From positions 1,600,001 to 1,664,000 of the forward strand of contig CBDATQ010000002.1 in NCBI GenBank assembly GCA_965199955.1: 64,000 nt of DNA, written 5' to 3'. The translations under genes were made by a program, and so were the position numbers. How positions within the stretch are numbered: position 1 is the first letter of the stretch; every line of letters starts with the position of its first letter. The notes below the pieces were generated by a model. That model did no database searches. It was not told the origin of the DNA and saw only the letters and a program-made list of their open reading frames with translations. Positions 1 through 9,462 of the stretch are shown piece after piece. Origin of the DNA: Spirochaetia bacterium (lineage in GTDB: Bacteria > Spirochaetota > Spirochaetia > SZUA-6 > Bin103).

Positions 1-2
1 AC

Positions 3-365
3 GGCTACGAGGGACACGACCCGGAGTGGCCGGTCCCCGCATACCGGGAGTGGGAGCGGTGCCACGGGCCGGACGGCCGCTGCACGGAGCACCTGGTCCG
101 CATGTACAAGGAGGATGTCCTCGGGGAGACGCGGTTCGACGAGCTCACCACCCGGTACCGCGGCCCGCTGGAGTCCATTCACGGCCAGTTCTTCTACCGG
201 ATGATCACGTCGGACGTGGACGTGGATGACGTGTGGGGCGACTACGTGGCCGAGTGGCTGGCCGCCGGCGGCCAGGCGCTGTACGACGAGCTTGCCAGGC
301 TCGACTACACCGTGGCCGATCTGGTGGCGGGACAGGTACGGCGGCAACCGGATCCGGACGCTTGA
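3..365 (+). CDS. C-terminal part of an ABC transporter extracellular solute-binding protein (truncated by the window edge)
   Basis: The frame is open from base 3 (GYEGHDPEW...). The tail FFYRMITSDVDVDDVWGDYVAEWLAAGGQALYDEL is typical of family-1 carbohydrate SBP C-termini. Confidence 0.65.
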   Translation, partial: GYEGHDPEWPVPAYREWERCHGPDGRCTEHLVRMYKEDVLGETRFDELTTRYRGPLESIHGQFFYRMITSDVDVDDVWGDYVAEWLAAGGQALYDELARLDYTVADLVAGQVRRQPDPDA

Positions 366-395
366 TATGACTATCTGATAGACATGGTAGTCATA
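366..395. promoter_or_regulatory. Inverted repeat, probable TA operator
   Basis: TATGACTA (366-373) and TAGTCATA (388-395) are a perfect 8-bp inverted repeat directly upstream of the antitoxin-like frame. Confidence 0.55.
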
Positions 396-634
396 CGAGA
401 TCAATCGCCATCGTCAGGCTCAAGGCAACGCTGAGCGCCGAGCTGAGGCGGGTTCGGCAGGGGGAGTCGGTCACTGTCCTCGATCGGACGACGCCGGTTG
501 CCGTGCTCGCTCCCGTGCCCGACGCGGTCCGCTTGGTGCAGCCGGCCGCAAGGCCGTATGCCTATCGCCGGTTGCCGCCATTGACGTCGTGTGATCCGTT
601 GCCGCACCTGGACGAGGAGCGGGGCGAGCGGTGA
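395..634 (+). pseudogene. Phd/YefM-family antitoxin with ACG where the start ATG is expected
   Basis: Manual translation gives TRSIAIVRLKATLSAELRRVRQGESVTVLDRTTPVAVLAPV...LDEERGER*, the classic Phd N-terminal pattern. It is absent from the ORF track because it has no start codon. Confidence 0.75.
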
Positions 635-1521
635 CAGCCTACCTGGACTCCTCGGTGCTGCTGCGTCACATCCTGCTGTGAACGCGATCGAATCGTCTCT
701 CGGGCGGCTGCGTCCTCGGCGATCCAGCGTCGCCAGTTCTCCTCGTCCGGATCCAGGAAGCCGCAGTTGGCGCGCTGGACGAACTGGGCGTCCACGCCGA
801 GCAGGCGCAACAGCCTCCGGTCGCCGCGCGCCCGCGCCCGGGCGATGACCGCCTGCGACACCGGCCCCTGGTAGTTGGCGCGGTGCTTCAGCCACGAGTG
901 GTTGAAGGTGAGGAAGAACAGGTAGCGGTGATCGGTGGATCGGTTGACCGTCCCGGAGTGCAACATGCTGCAGTGGAACACGGCGACGTCGCCGGCTTCG
1001 GGGTAGACGATCACCTCCTCCGGGTGCGGCTGCCGGGCCTGCTCGCGGGTCATGCGCAGCGCCCGCATGTGCGAGCCGGGGATGATGCGCAGCGGGCCGC
1101 TCTCGTCGGTCAGGTCCTGCAGGTAGGACAGCGCGTTGAACAGCAGCGGCCGATGGTACACGCCGTCCTCGGGGAAGAACGCGAACATGTCGCGGTGAAA
1201 CCCCAATACGGGGCTGTCGGCCGCTTCCTCCGGCGGCGTACGCCGGTAGGTGATCGATTCGAGTTGGACGTGGGGGCCGACCACCATCTCGGCAAAATCG
1301 AGCAGCCGCTCGTGTGCAAGCGCCCGCAGCACGAGCTGCGGCTGGTGTTCGAGCACGTCGACGAACACCGACGGGCGGCTTCCGTCGGCGGTGGGGATGC
1401 GGTCGGCGATGTCCTCGAACGCGGCCCGCATCTCCCGGACCCACCCGGCATCGAGCATGCCCGGGAACACCGTGAACCCGTCCCGCTTGAACTCGGCAAG
1501 ATGCTCGTCGAGTGTCTTCAT
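562..1521 (-). CDS. Phytanoyl-CoA dioxygenase (PhyH)-family Fe(II)/2OG dioxygenase
   Basis: F-x-x-DG-F N-terminus, HRD iron motif, GPLRIIPGSH, and a distal H (MLHSG). The last ~40 aa read antisense through the TA remnant. Confidence 0.85.
   Translation of the reverse strand: MKTLDEHLAEFKRDGFTVFPGMLDAGWVREMRAAFEDIADRIPTADGSRPSVFVDVLEHQPQLVLRALAHERLLDFAEMVVGPHVQLESITYRRTPPEEAADSPVLGFHRDMFAFFPEDGVYHRPLLFNALSYLQDLTDESGPLRIIPGSHMRALRMTREQARQPHPEEVIVYPEAGDVAVFHCSMLHSGTVNRSTDHRYLFFLTFNHSWLKHRANYQGPVSQAVIARARARGDRRLLRLLGVDAQFVQRANCGFLDPDEENWRRWIAEDAAARETIRSRSQQDVTQQHRGVQVGCHRSPRSSSRCGNGSHDVNGGNRR
631..681 (+). pseudogene. PIN/VapC toxin N-terminal stub (16 codons)
   Basis: The GTG overlaps the antitoxin stop (GTGA). 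It reads MTAYLDSSVLLRHILL*, the PIN 'YLD(S/T)S' start motif, then stops. Confidence 0.7.
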
Positions 1522-1636
1522 GATCAGCCTCCGGACGCGGTCCGAAGGTATCCGCTGCCGTGGCGCGCCGAAACCCCGGCCCGCTCACTGCGTGGACGGG
1601 ATGGTCTGAGACCGAGCCCCGCGGTACGTTGCGCTC

Positions 1637-2575
1637 ATGGAACGAGGGGAGCCGGGATCCGTGACCATGGGCGCATCCGGGTTGCGCCTGCCGCGGATCG
1701 GTCTGGGCACCGGGCTGCACGGCGAGGTGTCGGAGCGGCGGTCGGTGGCCACCATCGAGCACGCCATGGAGCGCGGCGTGCGCTTCTTCGACACCGCTCC
1801 GCTGTACGGCAACGGGCTCGCCGAACAGCGGCTCGGCATCGCCCTGCGCGGCGTGCCGCGTGACAGCTACGTGCTCACTACCAAGGTGGGCATCCTCTCC
1901 GGAGGCGTGGCCGGCGACTTCGACTACGACTTCAGCGCGCCCGGCGTGGAGCGCTGCTTCGACCGCAGCCTGCGCCGGCTCGGCATTGAGCGCATCGACA
2001 TCCTACACCTGCATGAGCCTGAAGGGTTCGCCCAGCAGGTGCTGCGCGAAGCCCTGCCGCTGGTGGCGGGGTGGCGCGAGCAGGGCCTGATCGGCGCGGT
2101 GAGCGCCGGCGTCAACCACTGGCATATGGTGGAACCGTTCGTCGAGCACCTGGACTGCGTGCTGCTGGCGGGGCGCTACACGCTGCTGGAGCAGGGCGCG
2201 TTGCCGTTCCTGGATCGCCAGCGGCGCTCAGGGCGTCCGGTGCTCGGCGCCGGCATCTTCAACAGCGGCATCCTGGCCACCGGCCCGCGCGGCGGCACGC
2301 GATACAACTACCTTCCGGCACCGCCGGAGGTGCGGGAGCGGGTGGGCCGCCTCCAGCAGGTGTGCGAACGCCACGGAGTGGAGCTGCCGCACGCGGCGGT
2401 GCAGCTCGTGGCCGCGCAGCCGGCCATCGCCTCGTTGATCTTCGGCGCCTGCAGCCCGGCCGAGCTGGATCAGGCGCTGGCCGGCATGAGCGCAACCCCG
2501 CCGCCGGCCCTCTGGGCGGAACTGCGCGCGGCAGGGCTGCTCGAACCCGGTGCTCCGGTCCCCGAGCCAGGGTAG
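1637..2575 (+). CDS. Aldo/keto reductase
   Basis: GLGT, FFDTAPLYGNGLAE, TTKVG, SLRRLGIERIDILHLH, GRYTLLEQ. Confidence 0.9.
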   Translation: MERGEPGSVTMGASGLRLPRIGLGTGLHGEVSERRSVATIEHAMERGVRFFDTAPLYGNGLAEQRLGIALRGVPRDSYVLTTKVGILSGGVAGDFDYDFSAPGVERCFDRSLRRLGIERIDILHLHEPEGFAQQVLREALPLVAGWREQGLIGAVSAGVNHWHMVEPFVEHLDCVLLAGRYTLLEQGALPFLDRQRRSGRPVLGAGIFNSGILATGPRGGTRYNYLPAPPEVRERVGRLQQVCERHGVELPHAAVQLVAAQPAIASLIFGACSPAELDQALAGMSATPPPALWAELRAAGLLEPGAPVPEPG

Positions 2576-2627
2576 CGAAGCCGGAAACTCGTAGTCTCCC
2601 GTTCCGCGCGAGTCGTATCATCGGCGC

Positions 2628-2775
2628 ATGAAACCGAACGTTGCCGTGCTCGGTGCCGGCGCGATGGGATCGCTGTTCGGCGGCACGCTCGCGGAGGGCG
2701 GCCTGGACGTGACCCTGATCGACGTCTGGCGCGACCACGTCGACGCCATCAACGACGGCGGCCTGCGCATCGCTT
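2628..2775 (+). pseudogene. Ketopantoate reductase (PanE/ApbA) N-terminal stub
   Basis: MKPNVAVLGAGAMGSLFGGTLAEGGLDVTLIDVWRDHVDAINDGGLRI (Rossmann start), followed by unrelated sequence and a stop at 2816. Confidence 0.75.
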
Positions 2776-3045
2776 GTGCGCCTGGAAACAGCACGAATCG
2801 TATGTGTTGTAGATGAACAGCGTCGGCCGTGGGGCCATCAGGGCCGACAGGACGTCGTAGTCGGCGACCGTGCACAGGTCGGCGCGGGGAGCTGCTCGGC
2901 ATCGCCGATGTCCGCCCGATCGCGGCGGGCGAACACGGGCATGTGCCCGGCCACCGGAACCGCGACCGTGTGCCCAGAGGTCCGGCGCCGTCAGCACCAA
3001 GCCGAGCAGTGTCGCCGTGCACGACATGAGTATCCGGTTCGTCAT
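2749..3045 (-). pseudogene. Chimeric remnant: signal-peptide N-terminus joined to an alpha/beta-hydrolase-like internal fragment
   Basis: ATG at 3045 with a GGAGG RBS gives MTNRILMSCTATLLGLVLTAPDLWA (signal-like). The later ADYDVLSALMAPRPTLFIYNTYDSCCF resembles the 'LxAPRP' segment of acetylxylan-esterase-like hydrolases. Confidence 0.4.
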
Positions 3046-3182
3046 GGGATTCCTCCACCCGTTCGAGCGGGCGAAGTGACCGCCGGTCCGCCGCCTGCTC
3101 TCGTGTTGTGCCTGCAAGCGCAGTCGACGCTCAGACCCTTGCACGCCCGCGCAATGGCGTCAACGAAGGACGGCGGGAGGAT

Positions 3183-4016
3183 TCAGTACACCGGAAATCC
3201 CAGGACCGTGCGCTGCTCCAGGGTCAGCTCCGCGAGTTGCCGGTCGTCGAGCGCCTTGACCTCGGAGTAGTCGGGCGCGGCCGAGGTGACGCCGACCAGC
3301 CGCCTGGCGGCGTCGGACATGCGCTCGACGGCCGCCGGGGGCAGCATGCGGATGCTGTCGGTCTTGCCGCGCAGCCACGGGCGCAGGTAGTAGCCGATCA
3401 CCGTCCAGCGCGGCTCGTCGCCGCGGTTGATGCCGCCCTGGTGCCAGAGCGCGGCGTCCCAGACGATCGCGGACCCGGCGCGCGCCTCGACCTGCACGGC
3501 GCCGCTCGGGTCCAGGTCCGGGTCCGGCACCGCGCACGACCGGTGCGAGCCGGGCCAGAGCAGGGTGGCGCCATTGCTGTGGTCGAAGTCCACCAGGCAC
3601 CAGACCACGTTCAGCGCCATCGGGAAGTGCGTGCCGCCGGCGAACGGCAGCACCGTGTAGTCCTCGCGGTCGACGTGGACCTGGAACCCCTTGGCGGCGT
3701 CCCGCCGGCCCGTCGGCATGGGAACGCGGATGTTGCCGTCGTACAGCAGCGCGCCGTCGCCGAGCACGGCGCGCACGATGTCCATCACGGGCGGGTTGAG
3801 GTAGAATTCATAGAAGTGCGGGTGCTTGCCGACGATGGCGTGGGCGTTGCGCAGGTTGTCGGTCTGCGTGCCGGTGGAGCGGGCCACCGGCGCCTCGGCG
3901 TCGAGCAGCTCGCGCACGGCGCGGCGCGTGGCGGCGGTCTCCACCGCCGGCAGCGCGTCGGGCACGATGGTGTAGCCCCGCTCGGCCAGCTCCGCGAGCC
4001 GGGCGTCGAGGGTCAT
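3183..4016 (-). CDS. PhyH-family Fe(II)/2OG dioxygenase
   Basis: GYTIVPDAL, HVD motif, NGATLLWPGSH, ALWHQGGIN, and a downstream Arg. Confidence 0.88.
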   Translation of the reverse strand: MTLDARLAELAERGYTIVPDALPAVETAATRRAVRELLDAEAPVARSTGTQTDNLRNAHAIVGKHPHFYEFYLNPPVMDIVRAVLGDGALLYDGNIRVPMPTGRRDAAKGFQVHVDREDYTVLPFAGGTHFPMALNVVWCLVDFDHSNGATLLWPGSHRSCAVPDPDLDPSGAVQVEARAGSAIVWDAALWHQGGINRGDEPRWTVIGYYLRPWLRGKTDSIRMLPPAAVERMSDAARRLVGVTSAAPDYSEVKALDDRQLAELTLEQRTVLGFPVY

Positions 4017-4023
4017 CGGTCGG

Positions 4024-4947
4024 TCAGCTCCGGAAGCCTTCGGCCTCGTAGAACCCGCGCGACTGGTCGACGGTGCGCTCGGTCTCCTTCAGGAAGCCGA
4101 GCAGGCCGTCCAGGACCTCGGACAAGTCAGGGCGGTTGGGATTGGCCGCGCCGCCCTGCAGGATCGCCTGTGTGGTCTTGGGCAGGTACGTGCACAGGTA
4201 GCCGTCGTAGCCGATCCCCTTGAGGATCCTGAAGATCTCCTGGTAGTCGCCGTGGCCGGTGCCGTGCTGGCAGTGGTTGGTCTCGTTGAGGTGGAAATGC
4301 CTGATGTGGCGGCCGGCCTGGCGCAGCGCGTCCGGGATCGAGCCTTCCTCGACGTTCATGTGGTAGACGTCCGGCTGGACGCCGAGGTTGTCCAGCCCCA
4401 GCTCTTCGATGTAGTTGACCGCCTCGTAGAGGGTGGTCAGCACCTCCGGAAGTCCCTCGTAGGTGTTCAGCGGCTCCAGCAGGATGGTGATGCCGCGCGG
4501 CGCCGCGTGCGCGCAGATCTCCCGGATCGACTGGCGGAAGCTGTCGCGCAGCGCCGCCACCGGCTCGACCGGGAAGGGGAGTTGCGGGACCGCCGGCTGC
4601 GCGGCGCAGAGCTCCGTGTAGCTGGCTCCCAGGTCCGCCGCCAGGTCGACGACGTCCTTGGCGTACTGCACGGCGCTGGCGCGCTTGGCGGGGTCGGTGC
4701 TGGCCAGGTTGCGCTCCTCGCCCGCGTGGTAGTAGCCCCAGGCGGCGAGCACCTCCGGAATTGCCAGGCCGTAGTCCTCGGCCCGCTTCCGCCATTCGCG
4801 GGCATCCACCGCCTGCGGGTTGCCGGGCAGGTCGACGCCGTCGTAACCGGCCTCCCTGGCTGCTCGGAGCACCACGTCGGGCTCCTTGAGCACGTGGTAG
4901 CCGACCCACTCGAGGGTGTCGCACTGCAGGCTGTACTTGAAGGACAT
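4024..4947 (-). CDS. Sugar phosphate isomerase/epimerase (xylose-isomerase-like TIM barrel)
   Basis: GYDGVDL, LLEPLNTYE, DVYHMNVEE, HFHLNE, GTGHGDY, GYDG. Start placed at MSFKYSLQ. Confidence 0.88.
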   Translation of the reverse strand: MSFKYSLQCDTLEWVGYHVLKEPDVVLRAAREAGYDGVDLPGNPQAVDAREWRKRAEDYGLAIPEVLAAWGYYHAGEERNLASTDPAKRASAVQYAKDVVDLAADLGASYTELCAAQPAVPQLPFPVEPVAALRDSFRQSIREICAHAAPRGITILLEPLNTYEGLPEVLTTLYEAVNYIEELGLDNLGVQPDVYHMNVEEGSIPDALRQAGRHIRHFHLNETNHCQHGTGHGDYQEIFRILKGIGYDGYLCTYLPKTTQAILQGGAANPNRPDLSEVLDGLLGFLKETERTVDQSRGFYEAEGFRS

Positions 4948-5050
4948 GCGGGCGATTCTACCCGATGGCATCGGAAACAGAGAGGCCGCACCACCACTTT
5001 CGTGCCAGGACGGTGTGATGGTGCGGCCGCGACCGAGGGCTGGCGCGGGC

Positions 5051-6649
5051 CTACAGGCCCATCTCCTTCGCCTTGGCCGTGATCGCCGCCACGGCGTCCG
5101 CGTAGCCGTTGGCGTTCCACTCGTCGATCATCTCCTGGTACAGCTCCTCGTTGGACTTGCCGGAGTCATCGATGATGAACCGGGCCCAGGAGGCGCCGGC
5201 GTCGATGGTCAGGTTCTGCTTCTCGGGAACGTCGATCGCCTGCACGGCGGGAATCGCCGGCGTGTCCTTGCCGCCGACCGAGTGGAACCATTCGATCTCG
5301 GCGATGGAAGCGTTCCGGACCTCCGCGGGGATCTTCGGGTTGACGTACTGCACGTTGTCCTCGGGCCAGTTGGCCAGGTAGGAGAAGCCGCCGGCAGCGC
5401 TCATGATCGGGTAGAGATCGCTCGCGACCAGCAGGTTGCCGTCCGCGTCGGTCTTCAGCGGCACGATTTCGGCGCCGTCCATGCGGTAGTCCTGCCCCTC
5501 GTGACCGAACATGACCGTCATGGTCCCTTCCGTGCTGTACAACCAGTCGTAGAGGTCCAGGATGCGGCTCAGCTTCTCGTCGTCGACGGTGCCGGCGATG
5601 AAGCTCTCCGACCAGAAGCCGGTCTCCCCGGCGCGGCCGATGGCGTGGACGTCGTAGCCGTCGACCAGGAAGGGGCGCAGCACCTTCACGTGATCGAAGA
5701 AGTCCCGGTCCGGATTGAACTGCTTCCAGCGCTCCATGAACCCGTTGTAGTGCACGGGCACGGACTGGAAGTTGGTCAGGCCCGCCTTGTCGGTGGCGAA
5801 CAGATCGGCCGAGTCCCAGCCCCCGGTGTTCAGAATGAAGTCGGGATCCAGGCCGCCGCGCTGGTAGAGCTCGCGCAGGAAGCTGAACAGCTCGAACGCC
5901 GCGTGGGTCGTGGTGCCCAAGTGGTACTCGTCGCCGACCTTGACCCAACTTCCGTCGGTGTAACCGTAGCCGAACGTCTGGCTGTAGAAGGGCCAGATCG
6001 CCCGCAGGCTGAAGCCCATCGTGTCGTCCTCGCCATTGCCGTCCGGATCGTCGGTGGCGAACCGCACGCACATCTCGATGAACTCCTCGGCGGTCTGCGG
6101 ATCGTCGATGCCGAGCTTCTCCATCCAGTCCTTGCGCACGAACAGGGTGCGGCTGCCCCAGGACAGGTTGGAAGTGGCCAGCTCAGGGTGACTGGAAGGC
6201 AGGACCTTCGCGCCGCCGCGCGGCAGCGCGTAGGTGCGGCCGTCGACGTCATACTCCCGCACGCCGGTGTTGTTGATCGTCCACTCAAGGTCCGGCCAGG
6301 CCGAGAGGTCTTCCGGCAGAGCGCGGACGACACCGTCCTCGATCCACTGGAAATACCGGCCGGTGCCGATGTGGGCCATGAAGAACACGTCGGGAAGGGT
6401 CGCCGAAGCCGCCCAGGTGTTGATCTTGGTCTCCAGGTTCCCCCAGTTGTAGTCCTTGGGAGTGAGGGTTATGTTGAACCGCTCCTCGATCCAGTCGCGC
6501 ATCGGATCTTCGGCTCCCTCCGGGAACGCCGCACCGATGGCGATGCTCCCGAGGGTTACCTCGATCCGCTCTTCGTCCGCGAAGCCGAGTGTCGCGACCA
6601 CCAGTAGCTGGACGAATACGATTGCCAGCAGCTTGATGAGTCTTCTCAT
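5051..6649 (-). CDS. Carbohydrate ABC transporter extracellular solute-binding protein (LplA-like)
   Basis: ATG at 6649 with an AGGAGG RBS. Signal peptide MRRLIKLLAIVFVQLLVVATLGFA; motifs YALP, RKDWMEKLGI, DPDGNGEDDT. Confidence 0.9.
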   Translation of the reverse strand: MRRLIKLLAIVFVQLLVVATLGFADEERIEVTLGSIAIGAAFPEGAEDPMRDWIEERFNITLTPKDYNWGNLETKINTWAASATLPDVFFMAHIGTGRYFQWIEDGVVRALPEDLSAWPDLEWTINNTGVREYDVDGRTYALPRGGAKVLPSSHPELATSNLSWGSRTLFVRKDWMEKLGIDDPQTAEEFIEMCVRFATDDPDGNGEDDTMGFSLRAIWPFYSQTFGYGYTDGSWVKVGDEYHLGTTTHAAFELFSFLRELYQRGGLDPDFILNTGGWDSADLFATDKAGLTNFQSVPVHYNGFMERWKQFNPDRDFFDHVKVLRPFLVDGYDVHAIGRAGETGFWSESFIAGTVDDEKLSRILDLYDWLYSTEGTMTVMFGHEGQDYRMDGAEIVPLKTDADGNLLVASDLYPIMSAAGGFSYLANWPEDNVQYVNPKIPAEVRNASIAEIEWFHSVGGKDTPAIPAVQAIDVPEKQNLTIDAGASWARFIIDDSGKSNEELYQEMIDEWNANGYADAVAAITAKAKEMGL

Positions 6650-6702
6650 CGTAGCCTCCTGCCTTGTTTTTTTTCGGGCATGCGCCCGACTAAGGTCCAT
6701 GT

Positions 6703-7653
6703 CTATGCCTTTATCGCACCGATCATGATGCCCCGTGCAAAGTACTTCTGCACGAAGGGATACACGAGGAGGATAGGCAGGGTCGCGATCGCGACCGTGG
6801 CCATCTGTACTGACAGCCGGTAATAGTGCCTGCCGAACATCACCGACACGCGGTCGAGGCGGTACGCCATATCCTGCTCGATGACGATCTTGCGCAGCAG
6901 AAGCTGCAGCGGATACTTGTAGGGGTCCTGCAGGAAGAGCATCGGAAACCACCAGTCGTTCCAGAACGTGACCGCGTAGAAGAGCGATATCGTCGCCATG
7001 ATCGGGGCGGCGATCGGGATCACGATCCGGAACATGATGAGAATGTCGTTGGCCCCGTCGATCTTCGCCGACTCCTCCAGAGACTCCGGGATGGTCAGGA
7101 AATAGTTCTTCATGAGGATGAGAAAGAACGTGTTGACGGCCAGCGGGAGGATCATCACCAGGTAGCTGTCGACGAAGCCAAGGTCCTGCATCACCAGGTA
7201 GAGGGGGATGAGCCCGCCCGAGAAGAACATGGTGATGATGATGTAGGTGAAGATGGCGTTGCGTCCCGGCAGGCCCTTCTTCGACAGCGCGTAGGCGGCC
7301 GAGGTGGTCACCAGCATGCTCACCGCGGTGCCGACGATGGTGACCACGGTGCTGACCAGGAACGCCCGCGGTATCGTGTCGTCCTCGAAGATCAGCTCGT
7401 AGGACGCCAGATCGATATGCTTGGGGATGAGGTAGAAGGCGCCGCCGGCCACGTCCTGGTAGCGTGCGAACGAGACCACCAGCATGTAATAGAACGGCAC
7501 GACCGTGAGCACCAGGAGCAGCAGCAGCACGGCGTGGATGACGGCGTCCGCGATCCTTCCGCCGAGGTCCCGCGTGCGCGCATACGCCCTGCCGCGTTCC
7601 CGGAACCCTCCGGCAGGAGCTTGACGATCGACGCCGAGCAGACGGTCTGCCAC
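6703..7653 (-). CDS. Carbohydrate ABC transporter permease (MalG/YtcP-like)
   Basis: TMFFSGGLIPLY and the EAA loop LEESAKIDGA; ends YPFVQKYFARGIMIGAIKA. Start placed at GTG 7653. Confidence 0.92.
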   Translation of the reverse strand: MADRLLGVDRQAPAGGFRERGRAYARTRDLGGRIADAVIHAVLLLLLVLTVVPFYYMLVVSFARYQDVAGGAFYLIPKHIDLASYELIFEDDTIPRAFLVSTVVTIVGTAVSMLVTTSAAYALSKKGLPGRNAIFTYIIITMFFSGGLIPLYLVMQDLGFVDSYLVMILPLAVNTFFLILMKNYFLTIPESLEESAKIDGANDILIMFRIVIPIAAPIMATISLFYAVTFWNDWWFPMLFLQDPYKYPLQLLLRKIVIEQDMAYRLDRVSVMFGRHYYRLSVQMATVAIATLPILLVYPFVQKYFARGIMIGAIKA

Positions 7654-7666
7654 GTCCGCGGTCTCC

Positions 7667-8677
7667 CTAGAACAGCCCTTGCTGGCCGAGCAGCCTGGCG
7701 CCCCAGTTGGCGGCGAGCAGCAGGACGAAGTTGATGACCGACTTGAACAGACCCACCGCGGTGGTGAAGCCGAAGTTCTTGGGCTCCCAGAACGACATCC
7801 GGAACACGTAAGTGTCGATGATGTCCGCGACCTCATACACGGCCGGATTCATCATGTTGAGGATCTGGTCGAAGCCGGCGTTGAGGATGTTGCCGACCTG
7901 CAGGATGAGCAGGATGACGGCCGTCGTCGTGATGCCCGGCCAGGTGATATGGAGCATGCTCTTCCAGCGCCCCGCTCCGTCGATGGTCGCCGCCTCGTAG
8001 AGCTGCGGATCGATGCCGGCGATCGCCGCCAGGAAGATGATCGATCCCCAGCCGACGCTCTTCCAGATCTCCGTGCCCACCAGGAGGCCGCGGAACAGGG
8101 AGGTGTCGGTCAGAAACTGGCTCTTCGAGCCGCCCAGCATGACGACGAACTGGTTGAGGGCGCCGTTGGTGCTGAGGATCCCGAGCAGGACGCCTGCGAC
8201 CAGGACCCAGGAGAGAAAGTGCGGAAACGTGTAGACGGTCTGATACACGCGCTTGAGTCCGTTGCGCTGCACCTCGTTCATCAGCAGCGCCAGGATGATC
8301 GGCGCGGGGAAGCCGAACAGGATGCGGTAGAAGCTGATCAGGAGCGTGTTCCTGAAGGCCCGCCAGAAGTCGGGCCGTCCCCACAGCATCTCGAACCACT
8401 GCAGCCCGACCCACTTCATGTTCATGAACTGGCCGACGTAACTGAGCAGCGGCACGTCGCCGAGCGCGCTGGGCGTGTTGAACCGGTAGTGCTTGAAGGC
8501 CAGCACGATCCCGTACATGGGGACGTAGTTGAAGACGAAGTAGAACAGGACCGCCGGCAGCAGCAGAATGTAGAAGTACTTGTAGCGCTCCAGCCGCGCG
8601 CCGAGGCGGACGGTCGCGACCGCCGGCGCTACGCGGGCATGGACGGATGAGGCTCCATCCTTCTTGGTCGTGAGCAT
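7667..8677 (-). CDS. Carbohydrate ABC transporter permease (LplB-like)
   Basis: YVPMYGIVLAF, PHFLSWV, EAA loop LYEAATIDGA, IIDTYVF, TAVGLFKSV. Confidence 0.92.
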   Translation of the reverse strand: MLTTKKDGASSVHARVAPAVATVRLGARLERYKYFYILLLPAVLFYFVFNYVPMYGIVLAFKHYRFNTPSALGDVPLLSYVGQFMNMKWVGLQWFEMLWGRPDFWRAFRNTLLISFYRILFGFPAPIILALLMNEVQRNGLKRVYQTVYTFPHFLSWVLVAGVLLGILSTNGALNQFVVMLGGSKSQFLTDTSLFRGLLVGTEIWKSVGWGSIIFLAAIAGIDPQLYEAATIDGAGRWKSMLHITWPGITTTAVILLILQVGNILNAGFDQILNMMNPAVYEVADIIDTYVFRMSFWEPKNFGFTTAVGLFKSVINFVLLLAANWGARLLGQQGLF

Positions 8678-8769
8678 GACCGCCACCGAACAGGAATCAT
8701 GGCCGGGTCCGTCCGCGCGGACCATGGTACCGGTGTCACGTCGTCGCCGGACTGGTACCGGAGTACCGA

Positions 8770-9462
8770 TCAGGGTGTGCGCAGGACGTCCTTGGCAGCC
8801 CGCTTGGCGTGTGTGCGGTCGCCGACGCCGAGCTTGGTGTAGATGACGCTGACGTGGTTGCGGACGGTCTGCTCGGCGATGAACAGGCGTTCGGCGATCT
8901 CCCGGTTGTCGAAGTCGCGCAGCAGCAGGTGCAGGATCTCGGCCTCGCGCCGGGTCAGGCGCTCGAACTTCGACTGGATGAAGTTGAGCTCCCCCTGGTA
9001 CCGGGCGGCGTCGCGCTGGCCCATCTGCACGCCCTTCCGGGCTCGCTGTACGAGCTTGTAGCCCACCGCCGGGGACACGAAGTAGTCGCCGGCATGCACG
9101 GCCCGGATGGCGGTCACGAGCTGGTCGGGCTTGACGTTCTTGAGCACGTAGCCGATCGCGCCGGCGTCCAGGGCGCTGAACACGTAGTCGTCGTCGTCGA
9201 AGGTGGTGAGGACCAGGATCTTGATGTCGGGGTGCTGCCGGTGGATCGCCCGCGTCGCCTCCGTGCCGTCCATCACCGGCATGCGGACGTCCATCAGGAT
9301 GACGTCCGGGCGCAGGCGCTCGGCCATGCGGACGGCATGGCTGCCGTTCTCGGCGATCCCGGCCACCGTGATCTCGTCCCTCCCGTAGGTGCGGAGGATG
9401 ATGTCGATGCCGTGGGCGAACAGCCGCTGGTCGTCAGCGATAAGAACCTTGATCCGATCCAA
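8770..9462 (-). CDS. NarL/LuxR-family response regulator
   Basis: IADDQ, phospho-Asp in LMDVRMPVMDG, LTTFDDD, and a C-terminal LuxR HTH (LTRREAEIL...EQTVRNHVSVIYTKLG). Confidence 0.95.
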   Translation of the reverse strand: MDRIKVLIADDQRLFAHGIDIILRTYGRDEITVAGIAENGSHAVRMAERLRPDVILMDVRMPVMDGTEATRAIHRQHPDIKILVLTTFDDDDYVFSALDAGAIGYVLKNVKPDQLVTAIRAVHAGDYFVSPAVGYKLVQRARKGVQMGQRDAARYQGELNFIQSKFERLTRREAEILHLLLRDFDNREIAERLFIAEQTVRNHVSVIYTKLGVGDRTHAKRAAKDVLRTP

